DNA from: Cyanophora paradoxa CCMP329
Lineage: Eukaryota > Plantae > Glaucophyta
DNA length: 64,000 nucleotides
Assembly: GCA_004431415.1 (NCBI GenBank)
Contig: QPMI01000212.1
Location: 81,678-145,677, forward strand
Direction: 5' to 3'
The notes below the pieces were generated by a model that worked only from the letters and a program-made list of their open reading frames with translations, searched no databases and was not told the origin of the DNA. This document shows, piece by piece, positions 10,909 through 24,229 of the stretch. The position numbers and the translations under genes are program-made. Numbering within the stretch: the first letter of the stretch is position 1; each line of letters begins with the position of its first letter.

Positions 10909-13900
10909 CTACGCGGTGTCCATGACGTCCACGGCCGCCCCCTCCCCCTCCTCCTCCTCCTCATCCTCCTCATCATCCTCGCCCTCCTCCCCGTCCTCAG
11001 GCGGCGCTCCCGGCCCCGCGGGCGCCTCCGCCGGGTCGCCGGCGCCGGGGCCGCCCCGCTCGGCGTCGCTCTCGGCCTTCACGTCGACGCTCTCGCCCTC
11101 CGCGTCCGACGCCGCCTCCGGGCCCGAGGCCGCCCCCGCCCCCTCGCCCTCCTGCGCCCCGGCTGGCTGCCCTGCAGGCGCCGCCGCCGCCGCCGCCGCG
11201 GCGCTGCGCTCCTGCCGGGCGCGCTGGAGCGCCTCGCGCGCCCGCGCCTCGCGCGCGGCCACCTCCTTCGCCGCCGCCCGCGCCCTCTCCTGCGCCGGGC
11301 GGTCGGGCGCGCGGCGCGCGGCGCACGGCGGGGGTCGACGCGGGCGGGGCGCACGAGGGCCTCGTGGACGCGGGCGGCGAAGTGCGCGAAGAGGCCGGTC
11401 GCCGCCTCCTCGCCCGCCACGAGCCCGCGCAGCCGAGCGAGGTGCGCCCGCGCCGCCTCGACGGGCGCCCGCTCCGCCCCGCCAGCGCCTCCAGCGCCCC
11501 GCGTGCTCCCGCAGCGGCGAGGCCGCCAGCCGCTGCGCGGCGCCCGGGCCGGTCAGGCGCGGGGCGGGGCCGGGGCGGGCGGGGCGGGGCGCCTTCTGGA
11601 GGGCGGGGCGGCGAGGGCGGCGCGGAAGGCGGCGAGCTCGGCCTCCTCGCGCTCCAGCGCCGCCAGCGCCGCGTCCACGCGCGCCGCCGCCTCCTGCCGC
11701 CCCCGCTCCACCCCGGCCCGCAGCGCCCCCCCGCCGCCTCCGCCTCCGCCTCCTGCGCGCCCCGCGCTCGGGCCGGGCGGGGCGAGGGCGCGGCGGGGGC
11801 CGGCGGGGCCCGGGAGGGCGGACGCGGTTGCGGGCGGTGGCGGCGCGGTCGGCGAGGCGCGCGAGGGCGAGGTCCAGCGGGTCCTGCCCGCCCGCCGCCC
11901 CCGCCGCCGCCGGCGCCGGCGCCGCGGCGTCCCCATGCCGCTCCCCAGCGAGGCGATCGAGGCCGGGAGGCCCTGCCGCGGGGCTCGGCGCGGGGCGCGG
12001 CGGGGCGGGGCGGGCGGCGGGGCGCGCACCCGCAGGGTCTCGAGCTCGGGGCGGTGCATAAGGGCCGGATGGCGGCGCAGAGGATGCCGTGCGACTCGTA
12101 CGGGATCAGGTCGCCCACGGCGGCGCGGATGACCCTGCGGGGCCGTCGGCCGGCCGAGGGGCGGGAGGTGGGCGGGGCGGCGGGCCGGGGGCGGCACCGG
12201 TCGATCTTGAGCATCTCGGGGGGCAGCCCCTCGGGGGCGACCTCGGCGAGGCACTCCGCGACCGTCCGCCCCGCCCCCGGCGGCTTCGAGCTCGGCCCGG
12301 CACCGGCGGCCGCCTGCCCGGCCGGCCCCGTCAGGCCCGCGCTCGCGGGGAGAAGGGCGGGCGGCACCTGCTGAAGAGGGTCGCCGAGGAGGGCTTGGCG
12401 GCCGACTGCGAGCCCGACGCCCCCGCCTCCGCCTTCGACGCCGAGCGCGGGGGCGGCGGTGGCGCCGCCGCCTTCGCCGGCGCGGGTGCTGCTGCTGCCG
12501 CCGCCGCCGCGCTCGAGGGCGCCGGGGCCGGCGCAGGCGCCGCGGAGGGCGCGGGGCCGGGGCCCCAGCGAGGCCGATGCTGGGCGCCTTGATGCGGATC
12601 TTTATGCTGCCTCCGGTGGGGGACTGCGCCGGCTGGGCCGCGGGGCTCGGCAGCGGCGGCTCGGGCGGCGCGTCGGCCGCCCGCTCGCTCCGGGCCCCCG
12701 CGCTGTCCTCCCCGCTCTCCTCGCTCCCGTCGCCGTCGCCGCCCACTGGAAGAGGCCGCTCGCTGTTAGACGGTGGCGGCCGGGGCGGCGGCGGCTGCGC
12801 ACCGATGTCGATGCGCCCGTCGTCGTCGTCGTCGGGACCCTCCGCGCCCGAGGCCCGCTGCGGGCGGGGCGCCCCCTCGCGCGCCTTCTTCTGCTTCTTT
12901 TTGCCGCCCTCCGAGGAGCCCGGGGCCGGGCGCTTGCGCTCGCCCCCGAAGGAGACGCGCTCCGGCGGGGCGGCCGTCGTGTAGTGCAAGTCGGCTGGGC
13001 CCCGCGGTCAGCGCGAGGCGGCGGGGGCGGGGGCGCGGGGCGCGGGGCGGGGCGCACAGGGCCGGAAGCGGAGGAGCTGCGTCTTGGCGTACTTCTTCTG
13101 CTGGAGACCGCCGTAGCACCAGAGCTCCCCGTCCACCGTGCACCCGCACGCCCCCATCACCATCCCTGCCCGCCGGCCCGCCGGCGCGCGTCACGGGCGG
13201 CCTCAGGGGGCGCGCGCGGGGCCGGGCGGCTCGGGCGGGGCGACCTGCGAGCGCCTCGTGGCCCTCCACGCTCCGCTCCCACGTCCCGCGAACTGCGCCC
13301 CCGTCAGCGCCGCAGAGGCCCGAGCCGCAGACGCGGGGGGCCCCCGCTCGCCCGTGTCGAGCCTGTAGACGAACTGGCGCCCCCCGGCCGGTCAGCGGGG
13401 CGCGGGCGAGGGCGCGGGGCCCGGGGGGAGAGGGGGGCCGACGCACCGGTCCGAGGCCTCCGCCGACGACGTAGACGTGCGTGCCGCTCGAGCTCTCCAC
13501 GTGCCACGCGCACGGCGGCAGCGCCACTGCGCCGCCGGCGTCGGCGCCCCGCGAGTGCCGCAGCGCCGGGCCGAGGCGGGGGGCTCGCACCGGAGGGGCC
13601 CTTGGGCGTCACCCGCTTCACCAGGTGCCGCCCTGCCGTGTCGGGTTGCAGTCAGACGCCGCGAGGACGGCGGGCGGGAAGAGAGGCGCGCGGCCACGCA
13701 CTGGGATCTATTTGGAAGACGTCTGCCGTACGAAGCGACGCGTCAGCCGGCGGAAGCGAGCGCCAGCGCGGGCGCAAGGGCGTCGGCCCGCCGCGGACCG
13801 TTCACTGCGCGCCGCTGGTACTGGCCGCCCTGCAGCGCGCGCGTCGGGCAAGTGGGCGAGGAGAAGGGGGGCGGGGGCGGGGGGGGCGGGGGGGGTACGA

Positions 13901-15304
13901 ACGATAATGTAGAGGCTGTCCCTGACGCAGCTCGCCGTGGCGGCCGCCCGCACGGGGAACTGCGTGGCACCCCGCCGCCCCGCCGCGTCAGCCGCGAGGC
14001 GGGGCGGGGCGGAGCGGAGCGGCAGGCGCCCCCCAACACCCCCGCACCTCCGTGTCCTGCGCGCGACGGGCCATCAGCGCGGAGCGGCGGGGTCGCTCGG
14101 GCGGGCGGGCTTGGTCCCACCGCGGGCAGTAGGCGGCCCTTGATGTCTAGCGCCCCGTTCCCGTGCGCTGCCGGCCGCTGAGGGCGGGCGCGACGGCCGG
14201 GGCGCGGGCCGCGCACCGTCAAAGCTGAACTTGAGGGGCCAGCAGGAGTTGAAGTAGGGAGAGGTCTTGCCTGCGGCGCGCGGGAGGCCGTCGGCGAGGG
14301 GCACGGGCAGCGGGGCCCCGGGGCCGGGGCGGCGGCGCGCACAGTCCTCGTCGCTCTGGCCGGCGACGATGTAGAAGGTGTCGCCGGCGCGCGCGCTCGC
14401 GAAGTAGAGGCCCTGGGGCGGGTACGCGAAGGTCGACTCCGGCCGCCCGACGAGCACCTCCGCCCCCTCGATGACCTGCACCTCGATCTGCCCGCTCCCG
14501 TTCTCCCTGCGCCGCTTCAGCGCACGCGCGACCGGCGCACCGCGCCGCGCGCCGCGGGCGCGCGACGCGCCTGAGGATGAACGCGTCGTTGGTGCTGAAC
14601 TTCGCCTGCGCGCCGCGGCCGGTCAGCGCGCCAAGGGCGGGTTGCTCGCTCACGGAAAGAGGCAGGGCAGCCGTACCGTCTTCCCCTCTTCCTCATCGTC
14701 TTTCCCGATCCACGCCCCTGCACACGCCGGGAACCAGTGCGATTACACCCCGGCCGGCAGAACCTCGTGATAGCTGCGTACCACCAAACACGGCGACTCT
14801 GGGGCCCGCCGGCGTGTCGTAGACCGTCGCGGCGTGTGCGGTGAGCGGCGGGAGTCGTTCGGCGTGCCCTGGCGCGAACCTGTGCGGGGCGTGAGTACTT
14901 CCGAGGCGCGCGCCCGCCGAGACACGGCGCACGGCTTCCGCGTCCACGACGCGCGCTTCCGGTTGAACGCGAAGATGGCGCTATGGTAGCTGGGAATGGT
15001 GGAGTCAGCGGAAGCATACGAGGCTCGGCGAAGTCAGCGGGGAAGCGGAGCGGGCTTCGAATGCTATAGCTGCTTGTTTGGCGGCGCCTTCGCTAAATTG
15101 GAGCTCTCGGCTGCACGACCGCTTGAAGCACCTGTGCGGCGTCGCTGGGTTCACTTTAAATCGACCGCTGTAGCCACAGACGAGCCAGAAGATGTCATTT
15201 CCGACATACACGAGCTGCGCGTAATCCTTCTGCGGCGGCGCGTCCGTGGCGAAGAACTCGATGGGAATCTCGTTGCCGACGGACTGCGCGGCTTTCGCAG
15301 CCAT
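10909..15304 (-). CDS. Kelch-repeat beta-propeller protein with basic/NLS linker, coiled coil and acidic C-terminus
   Basis: HAATVYDT..VAVFGG, FYIVAG, HVYVVGG, YGG Kelch-type blades; GGKKKQKK; EAAARVDAALAALEREEAEL coiled coil; poly-E/D tail ending VMDTA*. Confidence 0.7.
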
Positions 15305-15916
15305 TCTCGCCGCGTCGACGCCTCAGCTGCAGATTCGACCACAGTACTAGTTCAACGGAGTTCGATCGGCGCAGTTCGGCGTTCCGCCGCGTTCGCTGTT
15401 CCCAGGGTACGCAGATCTAGAGCCTTCAAATTTCGCCCGGCGCCATATGCATGGCCATGCGCGGCCAAGTCGGCCCGCCATATGTACGACGCAAGTGCCG
15501 CAGTGCGCCTGCAGGCCTGACCACCAGGAAGTGCAAGTTTGTGTAGCAGACATAGATCTAGATTGAGCAACGGAGAGACAACATGTACAGTCACCTCGAT
15601 CAGAGTGATGGGAAGGGTACATAGGTGCGGGTATGCGCAGGCAGGGGCGCCTGCGCAGAAGCCGCGCAGATCGCGGGCAGCTGCGTGGATTCGGGAGGGG
15701 GCTGCAGGAGACGAGGGGAAGAGATCGTGGTGCAAGGGACGGGAATATCAAATGGGAGGAGGAGACAAGAGAGAGGAGGAAAGAGACAGGATCGGAAACG
15801 GCTGTGCGATAGCGACGGGACTCGGGAGAAGCAGCCAGTTTGCGGGGGGAGAAGGGACTCGGGAGGGGCAGAGTGCAAGCGGCGGCTGGGACGGGGCCGG
15901 GGGGTGGCGCCCGGGG

Positions 15917-16609
15917 CTAGTAGTAGACGAGCTTGCAGCAGACGATGGCTGATATCACCGTCGCCTCCACCAGCGCCGGGAACGCGCTGCCCGCCGCCCC
16001 GTGAGCCGAGGCCGAAGGCGGAGGCGCGCATGCGCAGCGCGAGGGGCACCAGGTGAAGCCGAAGATGTACCAGTACCAGACGGACGCCCACGTGTCGACG
16101 ATGAACATCGTACCGAAGAAGAGCCCCACAAGGTGGCAGAGGATCTCTGCCCCGCACGCCGTCGGCCCCGGTGCGCTAGCGCACGGGGCATGCGCGGCGG
16201 GCACGCACCGAAGAGGCTCACGGTCGTCGTGAACATCGTGAAACCTCCAAATAGGCCGACGTACTCAATGAAGAAGCAGAAATAAGACAGCGCCAACGCC
16301 ACGGTGATGCTGCGAAGCCGCGGGTGGGAGGAGTTAGCTACGGCGCGGACGCGGCACTGGCGGCCACGCACCTCGTATCATCTCGGTTAAAGTCGTCCTG
16401 AGAGAATGTCGGGGGCAGCCCTGTCTTGACATTGTCCGCCTGCGGCCAGCGGCGGAGAAAGGCGGGAAGACATCAGCGGAGGCTGCTGCGAGGCCGCGGA
16501 TGCAGCTCGCGCGAACCCTATTGAAAGCGATCATGATGGTCAAGATGAGATGGCCCGTGAGCACCAGGAACCGCGTCGGCACCAGCGTCGACAAAGCATC
16601 CGACCCCAT
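15917..16609 (-). CDS. TMEM107: Ciliary transition-zone protein TMEM107
   Basis: MGSDALSTLVPTRFLVLTGHL..LPPTF..FIEYVGLFGGFTMF..HLVG..W..WYIFGF..AFPALVE matches the TMEM107 pattern LVPxRFL..H / GxSMF / WYIF..ALPA; 5 exons. Confidence 0.9.
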
Positions 16610-16759
16610 TGCTGCCAACTCCTCGAGGGCGTATCAGAGTGGAACTGCTATGCGCGGCGTCGACCGATGCTGACTATGCAAGGCTAGCGCTGGTGTGTGC
16701 TCGGGCCAGGTCAGCTTGAAGTTTAGGAGTACACGATTCTCAGACGCGCCTCAACAGCG

Positions 16760-17075
16760 ATGGTCAACGCGATCCGCGGGATGCTGGTAACCTGGTATGC
16801 ACTCTCCGAGTCGCTCTGGCCCGCCGCCCGGACGCCTCACGCCGCGCTCAGCGACATCCCGACGATGACGTTCGTGCTCTTCCTCGACAAGGAGCACAAG
16901 TTCGTCATTCAACAGCTTGACGACACGCACGTTCTCATCGATCCGCGCGGCGTGGACATCATCAAGAGTGCGCCCGCCCCGCCGTGACCGCGAGCAACCC
17001 TAACAATCGCATGCCGCAGAGCGCCTCGCTGAGATGCAGGCCGAGATCACATTCGCGCCACTTGACCTGAAATGA
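16760..17075 (+). CDS. TFB5: TFIIH subunit TFB5/GTF2H5 (TTDA)
   Basis: Spliced: MVNAIRGMLVTCDIPTMTFVLFLDKEHKFVIQQLDDTHVLIDPRGVDIIKKRLAEMQAEITFAPLDLK*; intron 1 16795-16851 GT-AG. Confidence 0.93.
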
Positions 17076-17605
17076 GCTCCTCAGCAAGTCGCAGCGAGCG
17101 CTCCCCAGGCCCAGCCAGCGGCTTCAGCGATTGCTAGCGCTCTGAGCACTCGCTTTCATCCGCGAAGCTTGATAACAACAGTTGCGGATGGCGACCAGCA
17201 GAAAACGCGCGGCGCTCCCTCGGTGTCCCACCGCGCAAGCTCGCCAGCGGGCCCAATCAGCTGCCTGCAGCCGCCAACTGCAGGTGCACCGCCGCGCCGG
17301 CGCGCGGCCGAGGCAGCCGAGTCGCTGCTGTCAACGCGGGCATGCACATCGAGGAGCTGCCCTTGTAGCCAACCAGCCTTGCCCCCAGCTATGACCCAGC
17401 TGCGCGCGGCTGCGACAGCAGCAGCAGGACAGCTCAACCTGCAATTTAGCTACAACTGAGTAGATGCAGCGACTGCAAGCTTAGAGCTCATCGCCGTCGA
17501 TGACGTTTGAAAAGAGAATGCAGCATTGTGGATGCTTGATAACGGTCGGGAGGGGTCCAGAGGCGCGCGCGGGGGCGCGCGGGGGCGCGGGGGGAGTGGT
17601 GGGGG

Positions 17606-17956
17606 CTACCGCTCGCGTTCACCCGGCCAGCCTGGGTGCCAGCCGGGGCCACCATAGAAGGGCCCGAAAGCCCAGGGCCCCCCGGCGGGCGCGTCTACGA
17701 AGTGCCCGCCCTCGACCTCCAGGCCCGAGATGTAGAGCTGGAGTCGCTGCAGGCGGTGCTCGACGCTCTCCCGCCGCGCGCAAGCCACGAAGCCGCGCCC
17801 GCTCTCCGCCTTGCGCGCGTGCAGCAGCTCCCGCCTCAACGCCTCTCCGTCGGGGCGCGCGAAGGCGGACCAGGCCGGCGCCAGCGGTCCCCCAGACGAC
17901 GCCGACCTGCCGGCGTACGTTGTCAGCTGCGCGTAGAAAGAAGAAGGAGGAAGCAT
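17606..17956 (-). CDS. Hypothetical protein (116 aa)
   Basis: ATG-initiated ORF with coding-like composition (EALRRELLHARKAE..EHRLQRLQLYISGLE); no recognisable family. Confidence 0.4.
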   Translation of the reverse strand: MLPPSSFYAQLTTYAGRSASSGGPLAPAWSAFARPDGEALRRELLHARKAESGRGFVACARRESVEHRLQRLQLYISGLEVEGGHFVDAPAGGPWAFGPFYGGPGWHPGWPGERER

Positions 17957-18320
17957 TGGCTGCAGGATGCGGGCGAGCGGTCCAGTGCGTCGTTCAACGG
18001 TCCAGCTGCAGCTGCCGATCTAGCGCCGATCTAGATCTAGCGCCCTAGGCCACCAATGAAAAGAACAAGGAATCATTAACCGTAACGCGTGCTCCGAGAC
18101 GAGCCGCTCGCTCTGTGACAGAAGAGGAGCAGGTGGGCCCCAGCGGCCCCAGGGCGATCGACCGCTCATCTTGTGCCAGCCGGCCAGTTCGTTGAAACAA
18201 CACTGAAAAAGGGCTGTGCGCTTGCTGGGAAGGCCTCCCGGCGGGCGCTGGCGGGCCAGTGGCGGCCACTCTCAGGGTACAGGCACAAGGGGTATAAGCG
18301 GCGGAACAGAGCAACCGAGC

Positions 18321-20142
18321 ATGGCGGCGGAAACCTCGGCGCCCGGCTCGAAGCCGGCGTCGCTAACGAGTATGGGCACCGCACCCCTTAAGCGGGTGCG
18401 TGCACGTTGCTTGCCGACCTGTCGCGTGTCGTGCCTCGCCGGCCCTCGCGGGCTCATAGCAATTCTGAGGCCGCGTCTCCGGCGTCTCCGGCCGCGAGAC
18501 TAAAGCCCAGCACGAGCAGTTACCTCTGGACATCTTCGAGCCGGAAGCGGTGCAGCGCATCAACTACTTCCGCGAGAACCTAGCAGACACGCGGCAGAAG
18601 TGCGATCCTAGAGCCGAGCGACTCGCTTGTCAAGGGCTGAGCGACGCACAGGAAGAACCTGGCGCGGGTGCTTGACATCGCGGGCGAGAGAGCGGAGAGC
18701 ACGATGGCGGGGGCGACGGCGGAGAGCAGCAGCAAAAAGGCGCTCCGGCAAGCGGAGCGAGAGCGCAAGCTCGAGGAGATTCACTTAGCGGACAAGAAGC
18801 TGTACAAGTGCGCGGGGCGCGGGGACCGCGGGGCGGCGGGGCGGGCCGGGGCCCGATTGCGGGGCGCGCAGGACGACGTACCAGCAGGAGTTCGAGGGCG
18901 GGGCGGGGGTAGCGGGGGAGGCGCTGCAGGCGAAGGTGGACCACTTCCGGCTGATGCAGCCCTACCTCGAGGGCCTCGTCCGCCCCGAGCGCATGCCCGA
19001 GGTGGAGGAGTGGGTCCGCCACGTCGCCACCGACACCCGCCTCGTCGACCGCAGGAAGGTCCCCGCCCGCCGCCGCCGCCCCATCGGCTGCGCCGCCTGG
19101 CGCCGACGCGGCCGCGCGGGGCCGGCAGCTCCTTTTCGAGGCGCTGGTCTCGTTGAACACAATGGACGAGAAGCACCAGACCGAGCACGCCCGCGAGTAC
19201 CACAGGAAGCCCATCCCGCCACGCGAGCCGCCACCCACCTTCTCCGCCCACGCCGCCTCCTCCCCGACCCGTGCCAAGGCCCGCCCGCGCGGCCCCGCCT
19301 CCCCCCTCGCCGGCGGCGGCTGAGGGGCGCGCAGGAGAAGAAGCAGAAGGGGACGACGCTGCCGCCGCTGGCGCGGTCGGCGCCGGAGCCGCTGGTGCGG
19401 GCGGCGCTCGAGGCGGGGGCCGGGGGGCACGAGCAGGAGCGGGCGGGGCGGCGGGAGCGGGCGCCCTTCGTGGGCGTCGTGCCCGGCGGGGCGACGGAGT
19501 CCACGTACAAGGCCTCCTTCGTGCCGCGCATGGCCCGCGGGCTCGCCCCGCCCGAGCCCACCAACTGGCACCGCCTCCCCAGCGACGGCATGGGCACCCT
19601 CGTCCCCCAGACCGGCTTCGTGCGCCCCTCTCCCGCCCCGCCCCTCTCCCGCCCTCCCGGGAGCGGCCGCGCGAGACGGGGGCGGGGCGCAGGGCGGGAG
19701 CCCGTCGAAGGCGATGTACGACTCGCGGCAGTACCACCCGCGCCTCCCCGCCGACCGCGCCGCCGCCCTCCGCGCCTCCACCGACTTCCAGTACCCCTGG
19801 CCCCTGGTCCCTGCCCCCGCGCCCCGGCCCCGTACCCCGGCACCGGCCCCGGCTGACGCGGGGGCGGGGGGCAGAGCACGGCGCACGGGTCGTACCAGCC
19901 GGCGGCCTCGGACGACCCCGTCCTCAAGTCCTACAAGAGCGGCGCGGCGCGCCCCGGCCCCGCCCCCTCGGGCCGCCAGCGGCGGCTGACGGCGACGGCA
20001 GGAGCGGGCGGAGTCGCTGAAGCGGCGGGCGCGGGGCTCGGAGGTGCCCCTCTCCATCGGTGTCGGCTTCAGGAAGGACACCACGTACACCAACGCCTAC
20101 GACGGCGCCCGCCTCGCCGCCTCCGCCGTCGCCCCCTTCTAG
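18321..20142 (+). CDS. Putative ciliary microtubule-binding (MIP/SAXO-like) protein with Mn-type motifs
   Basis: Repeated [T/S]TYxxx[F/Y]-like motifs TTYQQEF, STYKASF, STAHGSY, TTYTNAY in spliced product; stop TAG 20140-20142. Confidence 0.55.
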
Positions 20143-20368
20143 GCCCCGCCCCCGTCCTCCTCTCCCATCCAGTCCGGCAGTGGCCCCGGCCCGGGCCCCG
20201 CCCCCTCGGGGCGGGCCCCAGAGGGCGGGGCGCGGCGCTTGCGGGCGCCCCCGTTTTTTCTTGCGCTTTTTCGACCCGTTCCTGCAATGTACAGATCTGC
20301 GTGCGGCCGGGCGGGGGCGCGAGGCGGGGGGCGCGGGGCGCGGGGGGAGCGGTGGGCGGCCGGAGGCC

Positions 20369-21246
20369 CTACTGAGGGACGGAGAGGGAGGCGAGGAGGG
20401 CGCGGAGCTGCGCCTCGGGCTCCCCCGCGAAGTCGGCCTCGGGGTACTGCGCGTTGAGGATGTAGAGGCGGCCCCCCGCGATCGCCGCTCGGCTCAGCAC
20501 CCGCTTGTACCCCCGCGTCGACTCCACCCGGTACTCCACGCTGCGTCGTCCGAGTGCCGGCGTCGGCAGGGCAAGGGCGGGGCAGGGGCGGGGCGGGGCG
20601 GGGAGGGGCCGGCGCACTCGTAGAAGCGGCCGGGGCCGACGTCGGCGAAGGAGATGAGCTCGCAGGAAAGGACGCCGTCCTTCTTGGCCTCGGCGGCCAC
20701 CGTGCGGCGCGCCACCTCCTCCGCGGTCCCCACCTCCGCCAGCGCCCGCGCCTTCACCGGGTTCACCACGAGGCCCGCGTTGCCGAGCCGGCCCCCCGAC
20801 GGGATCTTGACGAAGACCAGCGACCCGCTCTTGCTCCCCGCCTCCCTGACCCGCGCGTCAGCCGCGGCCGCGCGTGCACGCGAGGGGGCCGAGCAGGGAG
20901 CGACGGGCTCGGCGCGCCAGTCGCTGGGATACTGGAAGCTGCATTGCGTCTCCGCATCCTCGAACAGGGTAAGGCCGTCTGTCGCCGCACGCGCCGGCCT
21001 GTCCACGCGCAGCGCGGCCGCCGCTGCGGCTAGGGCGGCGGCGGCGAACGCCTTGCGGCGGGAGTAGCTAGCTTGCGGCTCGGACGAGCACTCCAGCTGC
21101 AGTTGCACGCCCGGCGCGCGCGGTGCTGGCGCATGGCACTTCCTGACCGGCTTTGCCAGCGGGGCGGTGCAAATGATTCCCTTTGTCGACTCGCACCTTC
21201 TCTGACCGACAGGCACCGCCGGGGGGCCCAAGAAGCAGGCGCTCAT
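20369..21246 (-). CDS. PsbP-domain (PPD-type) thylakoid lumen protein
   Basis: Transit peptide MSACF.., Tat signal SRRKAFAAAALAAAAAAL..PARA, F.YPSDW, NAGLVVNPV, GTAEEVA, YEVEYRVESTRG, GRLYILNAQ. Confidence 0.85.
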
Positions 21247-21327
21247 CTTTCCTTGGGGGGTACCGGTGTATAGAGCTTGGGGGACGTTGCAGGACAGAGG
21301 AGTCTGCCCAGGATCCCGGACGCGGGG

Positions 21328-24229
21328 ATGGAGACGATGTCGGACGCGGCGTTCGCGCGCTACCTCACGTCCGCCTCGCCGGTCTGCTCGACCCGCACTC
21401 GCCTGCTCGCTGCGAAGCTCCCTGCCTGCGCTGCCCGAGGTCCCTGAGGCGCTTCCACTACAGCTCGCTGGCGGGCCGAGCGCAGATCCGTGGGACGGCG
21501 TCGCCGAGCGCTTCATCAGCGAGAGCGTCCCCGAGCAGCGGCACGCCGCGACGCCAGCGGAGATCGAGGCGCGGCTGGCCCGGTGCAACACCGCGCTCGC
21601 AGAGATGGGCCTGGCGACCTTCAGCCGCCCAAAGCACGCGACGGTCGGCGAGCTCTCTCCGATCCTGGCATCGATGAGCGCTTTGCTGGAGCAGCGGTCG
21701 CGGGAGTTGCGGTTCCGGCAGGAGGCGGAGGACCGCATCGCGCGGCTCCAGTCCGACCGGAAGGTCTCCCAGTACACGCAGGCGCGCGGGAGCCCCGCCC
21801 TCGCCCGCCTCGTCCCGCGACCGACGCCGGCCCGCAGAGCCAGCTGGCGGAGAAGCTCGAGACCCGGGAGCGCGAGTACGCGCTTCTGCTGCTGAAGGAC
21901 AGGTGCGGCCGGAAGGCGGGGCCGGCGCGCGGGCGGGCCGGGGCGGGGCCGACGCGGGCCGGGGTGGGGCCGACGCGGGCCGGCAGGGACCTGGAGACGC
22001 AGCTGCGGCAGCTGCAGGCGCAGCGGGCGAGCGAGAAGGAGGAGCTCGCGCGGGCCCAGGCGGCCCTGCAGCACCGCGAGAACCAGTTCATCGTGGGCCC
22101 TCCCCCGCCCGGCGGCGCGGCGGCGCGGCTGAAGGGGCGGGGGCGGGCAGCACGAAGCGCGCAAGCGGGAGCGGGAGCTGACGCGCCTGAACGAGCGAGT
22201 CGCCTCGCTCGTCTCGTCGGGCCGGGAGGCCAAGGCCCGTCCTCGCGCCACTCCCCCCTCCCCTCCGGCGCCGCGAGACGCCGCGGCGCAGGTGGCCCCC
22301 TCGCTGGACATCCGGGGGGCCCTGGGGCGCGCCGGCAGCGGGCGGCCGACGTGGAAGGACCCGCAGAAGGCGCGCCGGAGCCCCGCGCGCCACGCGCGCC
22401 GCGCGCCCCGCGGGGCGGGAGCTGAGGGCGGGGCCAGGACGCGGAGGACCTTCACCGGGCGGTGGTCGGGGGCTACCAGGACCGCCTCGAGCGCGCCCTC
22501 GGCGAGATGGCCGAGCTGCGCGCCTGCCTCGCCGCCTTCGCCGCCGACCTCGAGCGCCTCGCCTCCGCCCACCCGCTCCTCGCCCGCTTCCCGCCCCCGC
22601 CCCGCCGCCCCGAGGAGGCCCGGGCGGAGGGCGAGGGCGAGGAGGAGGAGGAGCCGGTGGCGGGCGGCTTCGCGAAGGAGGTGCTGGAGCTCCCGTTCGA
22701 GCACGCGCGGGAGACCGTCGAGGAGGGCGTCCGCGCCTCCCTCGCCCGCCTCTCCGCCCGCCTCGCCCGCGCCCACCAGGCCCGCCCCGCCCCGCGCCCC
22801 ATCCCACGCCCGGTACGGTTGCTCACGGGCGCGCAGGCGATGCTGGCTCAGGAGATGATCGCCAACTCGCGCTCGCCAGTCCTCGCTGCGGCGGCGGCGG
22901 GGCGCCCCTCGCACCCCTCCGTCGTCTCCTCGCCGGCATCCGCCTCCGCCGGCCGCCCCTCCGACTCCACCGCCGGCGACGCCTCCCCGCGCCGCCCCGG
23001 CGCCGCCCCGGGCGCCGGCCCCGCCGCCTCCACGCCGGCCCCGCGCACGCCCCACGGAGTGCTGGCGGCGGCCGGCCCGCCCGAGCCGGCGACCCCGCCG
23101 AGGACCTGCGCGAGCAGATCCGTGCGCCTCCCCCGCCGCCGCTGCGCGGACGGGGCTCACGGGCCGGCAGGCGAGCTGCGGCGGGTGGTGGCGGAGCAGG
23201 AGCGCCTCATCCAGTTCGCCATCGTGCGCCCTCCGCCCGCCCCGTGGCCGCCGGCCGGCGGCGCCTCACGCCGCCGACGCCGGCAGCTGCGGGACGCGCC
23301 GTTCGCGGAGACGCTCGAGGCGGGCGGCCCGGAGGCGCCGGGCCCGCGGGGCGCCCGGGGCGGCGCGGGAGGGGGCAGCCCCGGGGCGGCTGGGAGGGGT
23401 GCGTGCGGCGGAGGCGGAGGTGCGGGAGCGGGAGCGGCGGCTGGAGGCGAACCGCGGGGCCCTCCTCGAGCGCGCCCTCGCCCTCGACCGCGACCGCCTC
23501 CTCCTCGAGGCCCGCCCGCCCGCCCCGCCCGCCCCCGCCGGCGCGCGCGGCTGAGGGCGCCCGGCGCAGCACGACCGGCGCGAGTTCGAGGAGGAGCGCT
23601 CCCGCTGGCGCTCCCAGGCCTCCATCTTCGCCCCGCGTGCCGCCCAGCCCGCCCCGCCTGCCGATGTCCGCGCCGACGCGCGGGGCCGGCGCAGAGGCGG
23701 CCCCGGGTCGCCCTCCTCCGCCCTCACCCCGACCTTCATCGCCGCCCTCAACTCCGCCGCCGCCCCGCCTCGCCCCTCGCCGGTGACCCCGCACTTCCCC
23801 GACGCTCCCCGCCCCGCTCTGCTCCGCGCCGACGCGCGGGGCACTGCGGCAGCGCCGGCGCTGGTGCAGGGGAGCACGCCGCCGCTCCGGCGGCGGTCGC
23901 GTGAGGGGTCCCCGCCGCCGCCGCCCCCGGCGGCGCGGCTGGCCTTCGCGGCGCCTCCGCCGCGGGAGCCGCGGGACGCGTGCGAGGCGCCACGGCCGGC
24001 CGCCTCGCCCTCCCCGCGCATCTCCGGCCGCCTCTCCGCCACCGTTGCCCCCGGGCGCTCCCCCTCGGGCGCCCGCCTCGCGCGCACGTACTCCGCCCCG
24101 GCGCCGCCCCCCGGCGCCGCCCAGGAGGGGCCCTTCACCCCTATGTTCACCCCGCGTGCCCTCTCCGTCCTCCAGTCCCCGCGCGCCACCCCTCCCCACC
24201 GCTACAGCGCCGCCCCGCCCGACTCCTGA
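21328..24229 (+). CDS. Afadin/alpha-actinin-binding (ADIP) domain centrosomal protein SSX2IP/Msd1-like
   Basis: Coiled coil with QFIHEARKRERELTRLNERV, GRPTWK, VVGGYQDRLERALGEMAELRACL, LELPFEHARETVEEGVR matching ADIP-family blocks; long S/P/R-rich tail. Confidence 0.7.

Noticed and set aside
4729-17075. XPC and TFB5 (both nucleotide excision repair) within ~12 kb as a functional cluster
   Set aside because: Separated by unrelated genes; two genes is compatible with chance
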